A model generated the notes under the pieces. It was not told the origin of the DNA. It searched no databases and worked only from the letters and a program-made list of their open reading frames with translations. A stretch of DNA of 60,790 bases from Octopus bimaculoides (lineage: Eukaryota): assembly GCF_001194135.2 (NCBI RefSeq), contig NC_068996.1, positions 30,276,817 to 30,337,606 on the forward strand. The letters are read 5' to 3'. The position numbers and the translations under genes are program-made. Positions 1 to 11,076 of the stretch are shown in pieces; the first letter of the stretch is position 1, and every line of letters begins with the position of its first letter.

Positions 1-38
<38 letters not shown>

Positions 39-75
39 CATACACACACACACACACATACGTACATACATACGT
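1..75. repeat. (TA)n/(CA)n microsatellite
   Basis: Directly visible dinucleotide runs. Confidence 0.95.
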
Positions 76-559
76 ATGCACTCACAACAAAGCTGTTGCA
101 AAATTGGACAACCAAGGTAGAATAGTGGAAGAAACTCAAATTCCATGATTCCTTTGCTCTCATTAGGTAGCACATTGACACCCTTGACGCCTTTCTGGAG
201 ACTGATTGCAGCAAAGATGTTAAGAATTATGGTTAAAGTGAAAAGGAACAGAAAAACCAGCAGTCCCTCTAAAGAACAAAGCCAAAACGGAAGCCATGAC
301 ATAGGGGCTGCAAATGAAGGAAACATTGATACTGGCTCTTCCCCCACCATGGGATTACCAAAGAGTTGAGAGGGCTGTAAAAGTAAGGAAATAAAAACTC
401 ATAACTAACAAAACAAAGGCTCTCAGAAACAAGGAGTGAGGAGTAAAAGGAAAGGAAAAGGAAGAAATAACAAAGCATTTTGGAGCAAAACATAAGATCC
501 CCAACAAAAGACCCAGGAGGTGCAAAAGTATAAGTAAAAGCAGAAACTTATGCAAATTT

Positions 560-1380
560 TACCTGCAACGAGAAACTGCTGGCACTGATGATGGTGCAAA
601 CTGCTGTTTTGTGCATCAGAAGCTCTAGCAAGACTGCATGGGCCTAAAACAATACTTCTTTCCAGGAAGAGGACAAAAAGAAAGGCACCAAGAAGAAACA
701 ATTGCACACTGTCTACTCTGCAAAGATGATATGCAGATGTAGTACATACCCCAACAAACAGCCAGCTTCACCCAGAGGTGAAAAGAGCAGCAGCTGTCCT
801 AGATACATCAAGTGCAGACTTGGAACCATCCCTACCACCACACAAGGCCACCTCAGTCAACAGATACAAGATGGCCACCATTAACATCAACACAGGTGTC
901 ATTTGAACATTGGAAGTTTGTTTGACCTTAACTGCAAAACAAAAATCTCTTTCCTGAGAGACCTTGTTGCATGCAATCAAGCTCTATGCATAACATATGT
1001 GGAAGCTCATATTAGACTTGATATAGGAGATACAGAAGTACACATGCCAAAATATGTTGTAATACAAACAGATAGAACAGAAAGGAGCCATGGTTGATTT
1101 GCAGTTTACATCTGAGAGGACCTCATGCCATAGGTCCTATTGTCATATTCAAATACAATGTGTGACACTCAAATTGTACACATAAGATAATTTAATATTG
1201 TATGTACTACATATCGCCAACTGGGTGCTCAAAATCATACAAGTAAGTTTGAAGACTGCCTAGCAAAGATCTCACAAAACTGGTGCAACACATCAGTGTT
1301 TCAGTGTATTCGTTTTGGGTAACTTTAACTTCTCCAATGTGGGATGGCCTGAGGGCCAGATGCTCTCAGAAATGACACAC
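560..1380 (+). mobile_element. Degenerate CR1/L2-like LINE fragment (APE endonuclease region)
   Basis: Broken frames give DRTERSHG*FAVYI (~1070-1113) and GNFNFSNVGWP (1318-1350). These resemble the APE motifs DR..GGGVAVY and GDFN.P.IDW. Stops present. Confidence 0.5.
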
Positions 1381-1398
1381 CACCAACAAGCACAGGCA

Positions 1399-2035
1399 GA
1401 GTCCTCTCCTGTTTTCACTTTTCCTAATACCTGATTTCCCGCTGTCAATTAGGTTCTCCAATATTTCATACAGTTCCATATAAGGCTTCTCATGTTTTCT
1501 GCTACTCCATACATTTCCAAGTGTTTATACAGTTCACTGGCCAAAGCACCTAACAATAGTTTCCACATTAGTGGGAAGACATGTTATTGGTCGAAAGTTG
1601 GGTACAATATTACCCTTTTCAGGATCCTTGATACATAACAATTGTCTTTCCCTTTGTCATCCAGCTGAGTACTGCACCTTCCTGCAAGCATTCATCCAGC
1701 TGTTGCACTATTCTTTTATAGAGCCCTCGCAGCTTCATCTAATAACCTTGGACCCCATCTTGTCCTTGGCTCTTCCAGTTTGGAAGTTGCTGCTTTTTTA
1801 TCATTTCTGTAGTTATTTTTATGTTGTCTTGGCCTTCTATATTGCTTAACCTATCTTGGATTTCATACAGCCACTCTGCTACATCTTTAATGTCCTGTTT
1901 TCAACTGCATCTGGTATCATTATGTGTAATTGCCCAATTAGTTCCTGAAACAGTTTTTTTCTAATTTGCTTCAAACAATCTGTTTTGCCTAAACTGTTTT
2001 CTTCTATTGTTATATCTTTCCTGTTTTTTTCTTTT
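1399..2035 (-). mobile_element. R4/Dong-like non-LTR retrotransposon, N-terminal/early RT part, degenerate
   Basis: Broken minus frames give QFRQNRLFEAN, a KLPNWK.PG.DGVQGY-like segment, NFRPITCLP and TAGNQVLGKVK. These match R4-clade RT N-terminal motifs. Confidence 0.75.
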
Positions 2036-2040
2036 GGTGA

Positions 2041-3631
2041 TTATTATTTTTTTTCTTTTTATCTTGAGTTTTGTTGGAACTCCTAGAGTCTTGCATGCAT
2101 AGTAGTCTTGCATGCTCTCTGTTCTTTTGAACTATCTAATAGTTTCCTGATTGTTTTGGCCATGCCAAGGAAGCAAACCTTCTGTAAGAGTTCCTGGGCA
2201 ATCTATTCCAATTTCCTTTTTATTCCTCTTGATACTGTTCCCAAGGACCCAATAATAATTGGCACTATCTTCATCTTCATTTTCCATGGCTGGGCTATCT
2301 CATACTGAAAAGAGTTGTATTTGTCTATTTTTTTACCTTCTTGCTTGACTATTCATGGGTCAAAGAGGCACGCAACATCAACAATACAACACGTGGTGCA
2401 TCTTGTCCATCACCACTAGGTCTGGTCTGTTATGCTCTAGCACCAGGTCTATTTAGATTGGGAAATCCCACAGGATTTTCCAAGTCTCCAACTCTGCCGC
2501 TCTCTGCGGTTTGTGCTCATACCATGTCTTGCCTCTCTCTAGTCCACACTTTTTGCACAGTTTCTTATGTAGTATTTTTGCTACCTCATCATGTTGTCAC
2601 AACTTGAAGTGATTTCAGGCCAGTCTAGGCATTCATTCATGATATGGGCAATGGTTTTGTTCACCCTTTTACAGATGCAGCATAGTGGAGACACTTGCTC
2701 ATTCCTAAGGTTAACTCTCCAATTTGTGGCCAAAGCTTGGTCTTGTGCTGCCAGTATAGAGCTCTCAGTCTCTTTTTTCAGTGTGCCTTTCTTCAGCCAA
2801 TCCCATCTATTTTTTCCAGCAACTTCATTTGTGGCTACATGGAATTGGTTGTATAGTCCCTTGTTACATACTCCTTCATTCCTGACACTAGCAAGGTTTC
2901 CTTACTTTGGGATAGGTATCTCATTATGCTCCCAAGTTCGATATGTACACAGTCTTCCACACTTATCAGTCCCCTTCCTCCATGTGCTCTCTTCATGTAT
3001 AGGTGATCAGTGTCTGCACATGGATGATGGGCTCCATGCATTGTTTGGAGCGTTCTTGTCTTCCTGTCCAACTCGGCTCCTCCTCTGTCCACTTCAGGAT
3101 TCCAGCACCATACCAAACTACTGTAACCGTGTGAGCTTATTGCCAAAATTATGTTTCTGGCATTCAACTTTGAAGCCAATATTCTTCTCACTTGCCACAG
3201 GTACTCTTTCTTTGTCTTTTCTTTCATATCATTGTGTTTAATTCCATCTGCCTCAAGTAATCCCTGATATTTACAACCAGATTCAAGTTCAGTTGCCTTT
3301 ATCATTTCACCACTTGGAATACATATGCATTCTGTCTTGACAACCTTTCCTCGTCTTATCACCATCATAGCACATTTTGAGAGTCCAAACTCCATCTTGA
3401 TATCATTTGAATAACTTCACAGACTGGACTAAGCAGTCCAGTGTTGCCTTACTTCTTTTGAACAACTTTGTTCATGAATAGCAAGTGGTTCAGTTTTCCC
3501 TTACCTCTTCCCAGATCATACCCCAATTTTGTCTTCTGTTAGTATTTCACTCAAGGAAATCATTCCCTACACAAAGATGTCTTGAAGATTCCTCTCTTGA
3601 TTTTCACCTCTCCTAATACCTGATGTCAATT
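2041..3631 (-). mobile_element. R4/Dong-like non-LTR retrotransposon, 3' half (RT C-terminus, REL endonuclease, A/TAA tail)
   Basis: ORF 2835-3395 reads MEFGLSKCA...LEADGIKHNDMKEK...LDRKTR...LYMKRAHGGRGLISVEDC. Downstream are CIVDVACLFDP*IVKKEGKKIDKY and IVPIIIGSLGTV (REL region). The minus strand ends A-rich plus aataataat at ~2041. Confidence 0.85.
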
Positions 3632-3679
3632 GCTGTTGTTATTATCATCAATAATTGGAATTTACAAAAAAAAAAAAGA

Positions 3680-3790
3680 AAAAGACGAAGGCATGTGTGT
3701 AAACAACAAACAGATATATTAGTTTAATGCTCAGGAAGTGAGAAAATCTTTTAGTTTCGAGCCTACACTCTTCAACAGAAAGGAACAGAA
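3680..3790 (-). repeat. Dispersed repeat with a minimal hammerhead-like motif (same family as 57560-57700)
   Basis: Reverse complement reads ttccttt-CTGTTGA-agagtgtaggctc-GAAA-ctaaaag. The flank is similar to 57590-57700. Confidence 0.6.
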
Positions 3791-4313
3791 AAATACGCCA
3801 ATTAGTTTTAAGTACTTACTTGACGTGTGTCATGCTTAAGAGAAAGAAATTGTTGAAAGAAACTTTGCTGCTTAAATAAAAATTTTTAACTAGATCTTTT
3901 GTAATTTCTGGAAGAGATTTGAAACCACCACCTATGATATTGTATTACTACTTCTCAACATCCATGCTTACAGGGCCACCAAAGCAGCAATAATCTTAAT
4001 GAGAAAATTAAGATACTGAAATTTGACACGTTGTGCAAGGGAGAGAGAGAGGGGGGTGGCTGATAAGTACTTGAATTCCTTTCTATGATTGAACTGAAAT
4101 TGACCCCTGCTATTAAAGACCCCCACACACACACATTTGTTTTAGGTCTTCTACCCATTTGAATTTGGCTATACACCAGATAACATGTTAAGTCTTATGT
4201 TCTGAAATTAAAATTTTGAATTTGTTTTAATTATAAAATTACACCTCAGCTAAAAAGCATCTTTTGGCTTTTGAATACAACCTTTTCTTTATCTATATTT
4301 TTTGTTGAGTTAC

Positions 4314-4730
4314 AATTTCTCTGTTTTGGTCAGGATTTTTCCAATTACTTTTTTCTTGTATCAAGTAATGGACGAATGCATTTTTAAAAAAAATGAAATT
4401 CATAGAGCCGAACAAAATGAAAAATATTAATTCTATTTTTTCCTTTTCCTTAATACAAGAGCATAGTATGAGAGATTTGGCTGTTATTTCTAGGTGTGTA
4501 TAAGTAAACAAAAACTAAAAGACACACATATGTATATATATGTGTGTGTGTGTGTGTGGAAATAAACGCAACTTTCTCTTTCTATATTTTTTTTAAAGTT
4601 AGAATTTCTCTGTTTCAGTCAGGTTCTAACTTCTTTTTTCTTGTATCAAGCAATTGATGAAAGCATTTAAAAAAAATTAAATTCATAGAGCCGAACAAAA
4701 TCAAAAATATTAATTCTATTTTTCTCCATT
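4314..4730. repeat. Imperfect local direct duplication (~135 bp, copies ~4314-4445 and ~4603-4730)
   Basis: Both copies contain aatttctctgttt...ttcttgtatcaag...aaattcatagagccgaacaaaat.aaaaatattaattctatttt. Confidence 0.85.
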
Positions 4731-5227
4731 ACTTTTCACTTTCCTACAATATAATTAATTACCGTATCCTATATACTGTGTCCATGCATATTAGGTGAGT
4801 ATTTCAGAAATATTTTTACCTTTTAAACAAAAACTGTCTAATATGTTCATATATGTTTTTCAATTGAAACACTCTGAATCATTTTGGAGATTTATTGTTT
4901 TAATAACAAGTTTTAAAATATGGGTAATTGCATGAGAGACGCAGCATAACAGCGTCAGTGTAGAAGGAGAGAACAGTTGCGGGGGAAATAAGGAATTAAA
5001 ATTGTGCAAGGATGAGATAGAGAAGAAATGAAATAAACCAAGAGAAAGGGGAGCAATTCCTATGGCGTAGGAGGGAAAGAAATCAGCAAAGAATAGAGCA
5101 AATGAGCCAGGACCAAAGAGAAGTGTATTTCCAAAATAAAGAGAGATAGAGATCAACAGAATCATGAACACACGAGTCAAAAGCAAAGGCATCTCTCTTG
5201 CATTATCAGCATCACTACCACCTCCAA

Positions 5228-5480
5228 GCCCATCATATATGTATGTATGTATGTATGTATATATTTGTGTGTGTGTGTCCTGTGTTTGTCCCCCCACCAC
5301 CATTGCTTGACAACTGATGTTGGTGTGTTTGCACTCCTGTAACCTAGCTGCTCAGCAGAAGAGACTGATAGAATAAGCAACAGGCTTACAGGGAATAAGT
5401 CCAGGAGTCAGTTTCTTTGACTGAAAGGTGGCGCTCCAGCATGGCCACCGTCAAATGACTGAAACAAGTAAAAGAATACA
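5228..5480 (+). mobile_element. tRNA-derived SINE, 3' part (family of 20795-21186)
   Basis: Shares gaagagactgatagaataag...ctccagcatggcc...caaatgactgaaacaagtaaaaga with the full copy. Confidence 0.85.
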
Positions 5481-5646
5481 AGAAAAATGTTCCATACCAC
5501 TAAACCAAGAGGGTTCTCTGAATATGTAGGATGTATTTTAAGGCTAAATAGTAATTCCGTTTACATTTGTGTAACTGAGATATTTCAGTGGGATTATATA
5601 GTTATCGGTTTTACACTTCTTTCTGTATTCTGTAACTGTCACAATA

Positions 5647-5871
5647 AACTTTTCTACTGTAGGTACAAGTTCTGAAATTTGGTGGTGGTGGAGGAGTCAA
5701 TTAGATCAACCCCAGTATGCAACTAGTCTTAATTTATTGACCTCGAAAAGATGAAAGATGAAAGGCAAAATCAACCTTGCCAGAATTTAAACTCAGACCA
5801 TTGTTAAGACAGAAGAAATACCGCTAAGCATTTTGCCCAGCATGCTAATGATTCCACCAGCTCGCCGTCTT
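5647..5871 (-). mobile_element. tRNA-derived SINE with a Meta-like central domain, 14-bp target-site duplication
   Basis: The minus strand starts aagacggcgagctggtggaatcattagc (A-box-like) and carries a gcctttcatc...gaggtcaataaattaag core. It is flanked by taactgtcacaata at 5633-5646 and 5872-5885. Confidence 0.85.
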
Positions 5872-6054
5872 TAACTGTCACAATATAGAAACATTTCTCA
5901 TGGTACCAGCACACAATCTACAGATGCTTACATTTTCTGTTTTTTGTGAATTTCTCATGGGTCCAGTTAGTCAATAATATTAATATGCCAACTTGTTCTT
6001 TTTGTACATACCTGTGGTGCATGTCATACTTACGTGAAAGGAAGAAATGAGTGA

Positions 6055-6086
6055 CAAAGCGAGAGAGAGGAGGTCAGAGAGGAAGT

Positions 6087-6125
<39 letters not shown>

Positions 6126-6130
6126 AGAGA
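6055..6130. repeat. (GA)n microsatellite
   Basis: Directly visible. Confidence 0.9.
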
Positions 6131-6619
6131 CAGTGAGTGGTGACAGCATTCATCTTGTGTTTTTAAATGTTTATCACATTGCAAGAAAATTAGACACATG
6201 GAGCAAAAGAAAAGTCAGATATATACACATTGTTAAATTAAAAGCAGGAGAGTGGAGGGACACAGGAAGTGAAAGAGAAAGTGAGAGAGACAGTAGATAC
6301 ATAGATCAAAAGAAAAGTTGATACATAGATTGGAAGTCACTTACACTTTCCATTACCACATGAGGGTGTTAATCCATTTCTAACAGCAGCATTTGTGGGT
6401 CACACAGATCTGGAGACCAAGACCCCAGATAAACACTGAGGCACAGGCTGTTATCAAACTGAGCATGAGTCAAGGGCAAATACATGATGGAATAGCAATT
6501 ATTTCATCTCAGCTTTCACTGCTTATACTAAACACATGACATTTTTGCCTTACGATATGGAACATTTCCTTTTCTATCACTCTTTTTAAAAAATGGCACT
6601 CCATTGCTTATGACAATGA

Positions 6620-6917
6620 AGTTCCTATTTATCTGATCAATGGAACAGTTAGCTCGTAAAATTAATGTGCAAGTGCCCGAGTACTCTACGTACATGCATA
6701 CCATAAGGTAATTCTCAGGGAGATTCAGTCTCACACAGAATGAGACAATGCTGGCCCCTTTGAATTACAGCTACAACTCATTTTTGCTAGCTGAGTGGAC
6801 TGCAGCAAGGTGAAGTAGAGTACCTTGCTCAAAAACACAGCATGCTACAGGGAATTGTACTCATGACTTTATGATCGTGGGCCAAATATCCCTAACCACT
6901 GAGCCATGCACCTTCAC
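6620..6917 (-). mobile_element. tRNA-derived SINE (different body)
   Basis: The minus strand begins gtgaaggtgcatggctcagtggttagg (A-box TGGCTCAGTGG), followed by a degenerate B-box and a ttgagcaagg core. Confidence 0.7.
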
Positions 6918-7369
6918 TCTCTTAACCATAGAGAAAAGGAGTGAAGCGTAGAGACAGAGAAGGGAAAGCCTCAGTCATTTACAATGACGATTAGACTGAA
7001 ATATGATCGATCTTTTCTAGCTTCTTTACTTTTAACAATGAAGAAAAGGGAAAGACATTTAGTAATGAATAAAGGCAAAGTCTTTCAGGTGTTTACATTT
7101 TTATTCTGGGAGTTCTAGAATGATCGAGTGTTAGTTCTCTTTTCTTTCCCCACCCCCGGTACTCATTTGCCTTTCATAGTTCTTCATGTCTTTTAGTTGG
7201 TGGGGAAAGACCATGTTTTTTTTTAATGTTTTTCTCTACAAACTCCTTTGCCCTTTTTTCATGCAAAAACTAATGCAAATTTTGAACGGGGTATAGCTGT
7301 GAAAAGAGCCCAGAAAATTGGGTAATACTCCCTACCAAATGGGTGGGGGAGAAAAGTTGCCAACAGGTG

Positions 7370-7705
7370 GCTACACGAAATTCAACTCTATACTTTAAAG
7401 TGTGTCTTCTACTATAGTCACCAAAGCCTCGTGAGTGAATTTGGTAGACAGACACTGAAAGAAGCCCGTCATATATATATATATGTGTGTGTGTGTGTTT
7501 GTGTTTGTCCCCCACCACCACTATTGTTTGACAATTGATGTTGGTGTGTTGGCATCCTGTAACTTAGCTGTTCGGCAGAAGAGACTGATAGAATAAGCAC
7601 CAGGCTTACAGGGATAAGTCCAGGGGTTGATTTCTTTGACTAAAGGAACGTGCTCCAGCATGGCCACCGTCAAATGACTGAAATAAGTAACAGAATACAA
7701 GAATA
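7370..7705 (+). mobile_element. tRNA-derived SINE (family of 20795-21186)
   Basis: Contains caaagcctcgtgagtgaatttggtagac...aaagaagcccgtc and the 3' tail gaaataagtaacaga. Confidence 0.85.
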
Positions 7706-9489
7706 CTGGAAGAACGTTCCATACCACTAAACCAAGAAGGTTCTTTGAATATGTACAATGTATTTTAAGGCTAAATAGTAATTCTGTTTACGTCTGCGTA
7801 ACTGAGATATTTTGGTTGGATTATATAGTCATCGGTTTTACACTTATTCTGTAACTGTTACAATATAGAAACATTTCTCATGACACCAGCACACAATTTA
7901 CAGATGCTTACATTTTTTTAATATATTTCCCTGAATTTTTCATAGGTCCAGTTAGTCTTAGAATAATTCTGCTTGTCAACCCATTGGTAACATTTTCACT
8001 TGATTAGAGAAAAAGAGGGAGAGAGAAGTATCCATGATGTGAAGTAGAGGGATTGTAATTGCAACACTTTTATGTGATTAGTTGAAGGGAAAGAGAGAGA
8101 AAAGTGGATAAGGCAAAGAGGGAGAAAAAGAGGGACAGAGAAGCATCCATGATGTAAGGTAGGGAGAACATAATATTTAATATCTGGTTAAAAAGTTAGT
8201 TGACGGTAGTGATGATATAGAGGAGTTAAAAATATAATTTTAGCAGAGGGGTGATGTTCTGATGGTGAAGTTAAGAAAACCAGAGAGATGAAATTGGACA
8301 TGGTGGTGGTGATGTAGGTGGCAGTGGTAATTGGATTGTGAAAAGTATATTTTTTTTTAATTGAACTAAGTTTTTTATATCATCAATCACTTAACGTATG
8401 CACATAAGTGAAATACCATGAAATATTGATGCTTTATTTACATGGCAGATATATGCAATTTAACTAAAGGTTGTATCATATGTACGGGATTTTTGTTTTT
8501 TTGTTTATGGGGGAAATGGAAAAATAAGAGTGAATATTTATTTTATAAGTGTTGTGTATTAAGTCTATAAAATTGTGCATAAAGTATATAAAGTATAGTA
8601 AGTAATCATCGTATTTCAATTTCTTTCACTTTTCAATGAGTTGTGGATGAGTGACTGTCTTTCCATACAAACAATACAGGCTACGCCTTCAGGTTTTTTG
8701 GATATAGTTTTCAGAAAATAACCCTAACCCTAATTCTATGAAATATTCATGGATCCCACTAGTTATTATTATTATTATTGTTGTTTTGTTGGCTTCTTAC
8801 AGAAACAGCCCACCAGACTCAGCTGAATGTATATGTGTATACACACATGCACACACATATTTGCCATTGGTTTTAAAGAAGGTGGTAAGAGGTACCCAGA
8901 ACAGATCCCTAAAATCTAGTGGTTGTAAAGTGAACTTCTTAAACACATTTTCTTACTTTTGTGGTAATTATAATTTTTTTCGCAGTCTCACAGCTTTCAG
9001 TTTTAAAATTCAGCAACACTATTTAATATTTCATATCTCTCTCTAATAAAAGATTCATCCTAAAATGTTAAAACTTCCCTTCTTCATACCATAACATTTA
9101 TTTTGACATCGTTACCAGAGTGTGTTTCCAAATAATTCTCTAAATTCATTATGTTAGGAAACTGAGTGAAAGAAATAATTTCTCATATATCATTGTACAT
9201 TGCTTTACAGTAATTTTTAGTGATTCTCTTATTGCTATTTTAGCACATAGAGAATGCTATGCTTCACTAGGGGATTCTAATGAGTCTGAAACTTGTCTGA
9301 AGCTGTTACATGTTAATGCCAGATTAAAATATATTTATCATTGCGCTAATCTTTTCTTTGTGTATTGTTTAATTTTTTTACCCCCACTACACTCAGAATG
9401 CACTAGCTTCACGGTTAATTGTTTAGATTGAGCACCCATATCTTGTAACACCTTTCTTAACTATATGTAATGAAGTAAATAATTATAAA

Positions 9490-10388
9490 TAACAAGGCAG
9501 ACTGTATGACGCACGTGTACGAACAGCCATGCTACATGGGCTGTGACTGCTGAGGACATGCGTAAGCTCGCAAGGAATGAAGCCAGTATGCTCCGCTGGA
9601 TGTGTAATGTAAATGTGCATACCTGTCAGAGTGTAAGTATCTTGAGAGAAAAGCTGAACATAAGAAGCATCAGTTGTGGTGTGCAAGAGAGACGATTGCA
9701 CTGGTATGGACATGTGGTGAGAATGAATGAGGATAGCTGCGTGAAAAAGTGCCACTCCCTAACAGTTGAGGGAACCCGTGGAAGAGGTAGGCCCAGGAAG
9801 ACCTGGGCTGAGGTGGTGAGGCAAGACCTTCGAACATTGGGCCTCACTGAGGTGATGACTACNNNNNNNNNNNNNNNNNNNNNNNNNNNNNNNNNNNNNN
9901 NNNNNNNNNNNNNNNNNNNNNNNNNNNNNNNNNNNNNNNNNNNNNNNNNNNNNNNNNNNNNNNNNNNNNNNNNNNNNNNNNNNNNNNNNNNNNNNNNNNN
10001 NNNNNNNNNNNNNNNNNNNNNNNNNNNNNNNNNNNNNNNNNNNNNNNNNNNNNNNNNNNNNNNAGCGTGACCGTTGCCAGTACCGCCTGACTGGCCTTGT
10101 AGGGTTTTCGAGCAAGATCGTTGCCAGTGCCCCTGGACTGGCTCTTGTGCGGGTGGCACATAAAAAGACACCATTTCGAGCTTGGTCATTTTCGTGCGGG
10201 TGACACGTAAAAGCACCCAATACACTCTCTGAGTGGTTGGCGTTAGGAAGGGCATCCAGCTGTAGAAACTCTGCCAAATTAGATTGGAGCCTGGTGTTGC
10301 CATCTGGTTTCACCAGTCCTCAGTCAAATCGTCCAACCCATGCTAGCATGGAAAGCGGATGTTAAACGATGATGATGATGATGATGAT
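9490..10388 (+). mobile_element. 5'-truncated RTE-clade LINE (family 1) with 3' UTR and (GAT)n tail
   Basis: ORF 9543-10070 reads MTAEDMRKLARNEASMLRWMC...RRLHWYGHVVRM...GRGRPRKTW. It is near-identical to 29284-29660 and ends ccatgctagcatgg...gatgatgatg. Confidence 0.9.
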
Positions 10389-10974
10389 TTTCCCTGAATT
10401 TGCTGATTTGCAAAATGAACATTTCACTTACAGTTTGGTTTCTGTATTTTTATATGTGAATTTGTTTCAGATGCTTTCAAATTACTCCTATTTATTTATA
10501 CTGATGTGACAAATGTGTGATGGATACAGGTACGGGTGTGTGCTTAAGGAGTTTGCTTTGAAAATATATAATAGTAGGGTAAGATCCCACTGTGTCTTTT
10601 ACTGTAAAAGACTAATCCTTTGTGGTTGGAATTTGGTACGCAGAAACAGTGCAGAAGACTGTCTTGTATATGTGGATATGTGTACCTGTGTATTTTTAAT
10701 GGTATATATATCAATGAAAGATGTAAATACCAGCATAGAAACACACAAAAAAAAAAAACAGAAAAACAGTGCTCTTTGAGCAAAGCCTCTAATAATATTT
10801 CTTCTACACTGAGTTATAGACACTCCTCTGTTACTCTCACTACTTTGCAGCTTATTGGAAACTTCTAATGTGCCATAGTGTTGTACACCAACTGTCAAAT
10901 AAAATAAATTAAATTAAAAATGCTTTGCAAATTTTATAAATTATGTTTTTTTTTTGTTTCTTTTTTTTATACAG

Positions 10975-11076
10975 GACATTCTGTTCCCATATGTAGCAGA
11001 TAATTTGCAGAATTATCTAGAAACACACTTTGATGATGATGGTTGTTTATGTGATATAGAGTCTTTGAGGCAATTG
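10975..11076 (+). CDS. ENOPH1: ENOPH1 coding exon 2
   Basis: Boundaries ttttatacag| and |gtaaga. Encodes DILFPYVADNLQNYLETHFDDDGCLCDIESLRQL; phase 0/0. Confidence 0.95.

Noticed and set aside
575-630. CTGATGA plus a 7-bp hairpin plus GAAG as a hammerhead
   Set aside because: GAAA is mutated, there is no stem III, stem I is out of register, and it lies in LINE coding remnants.
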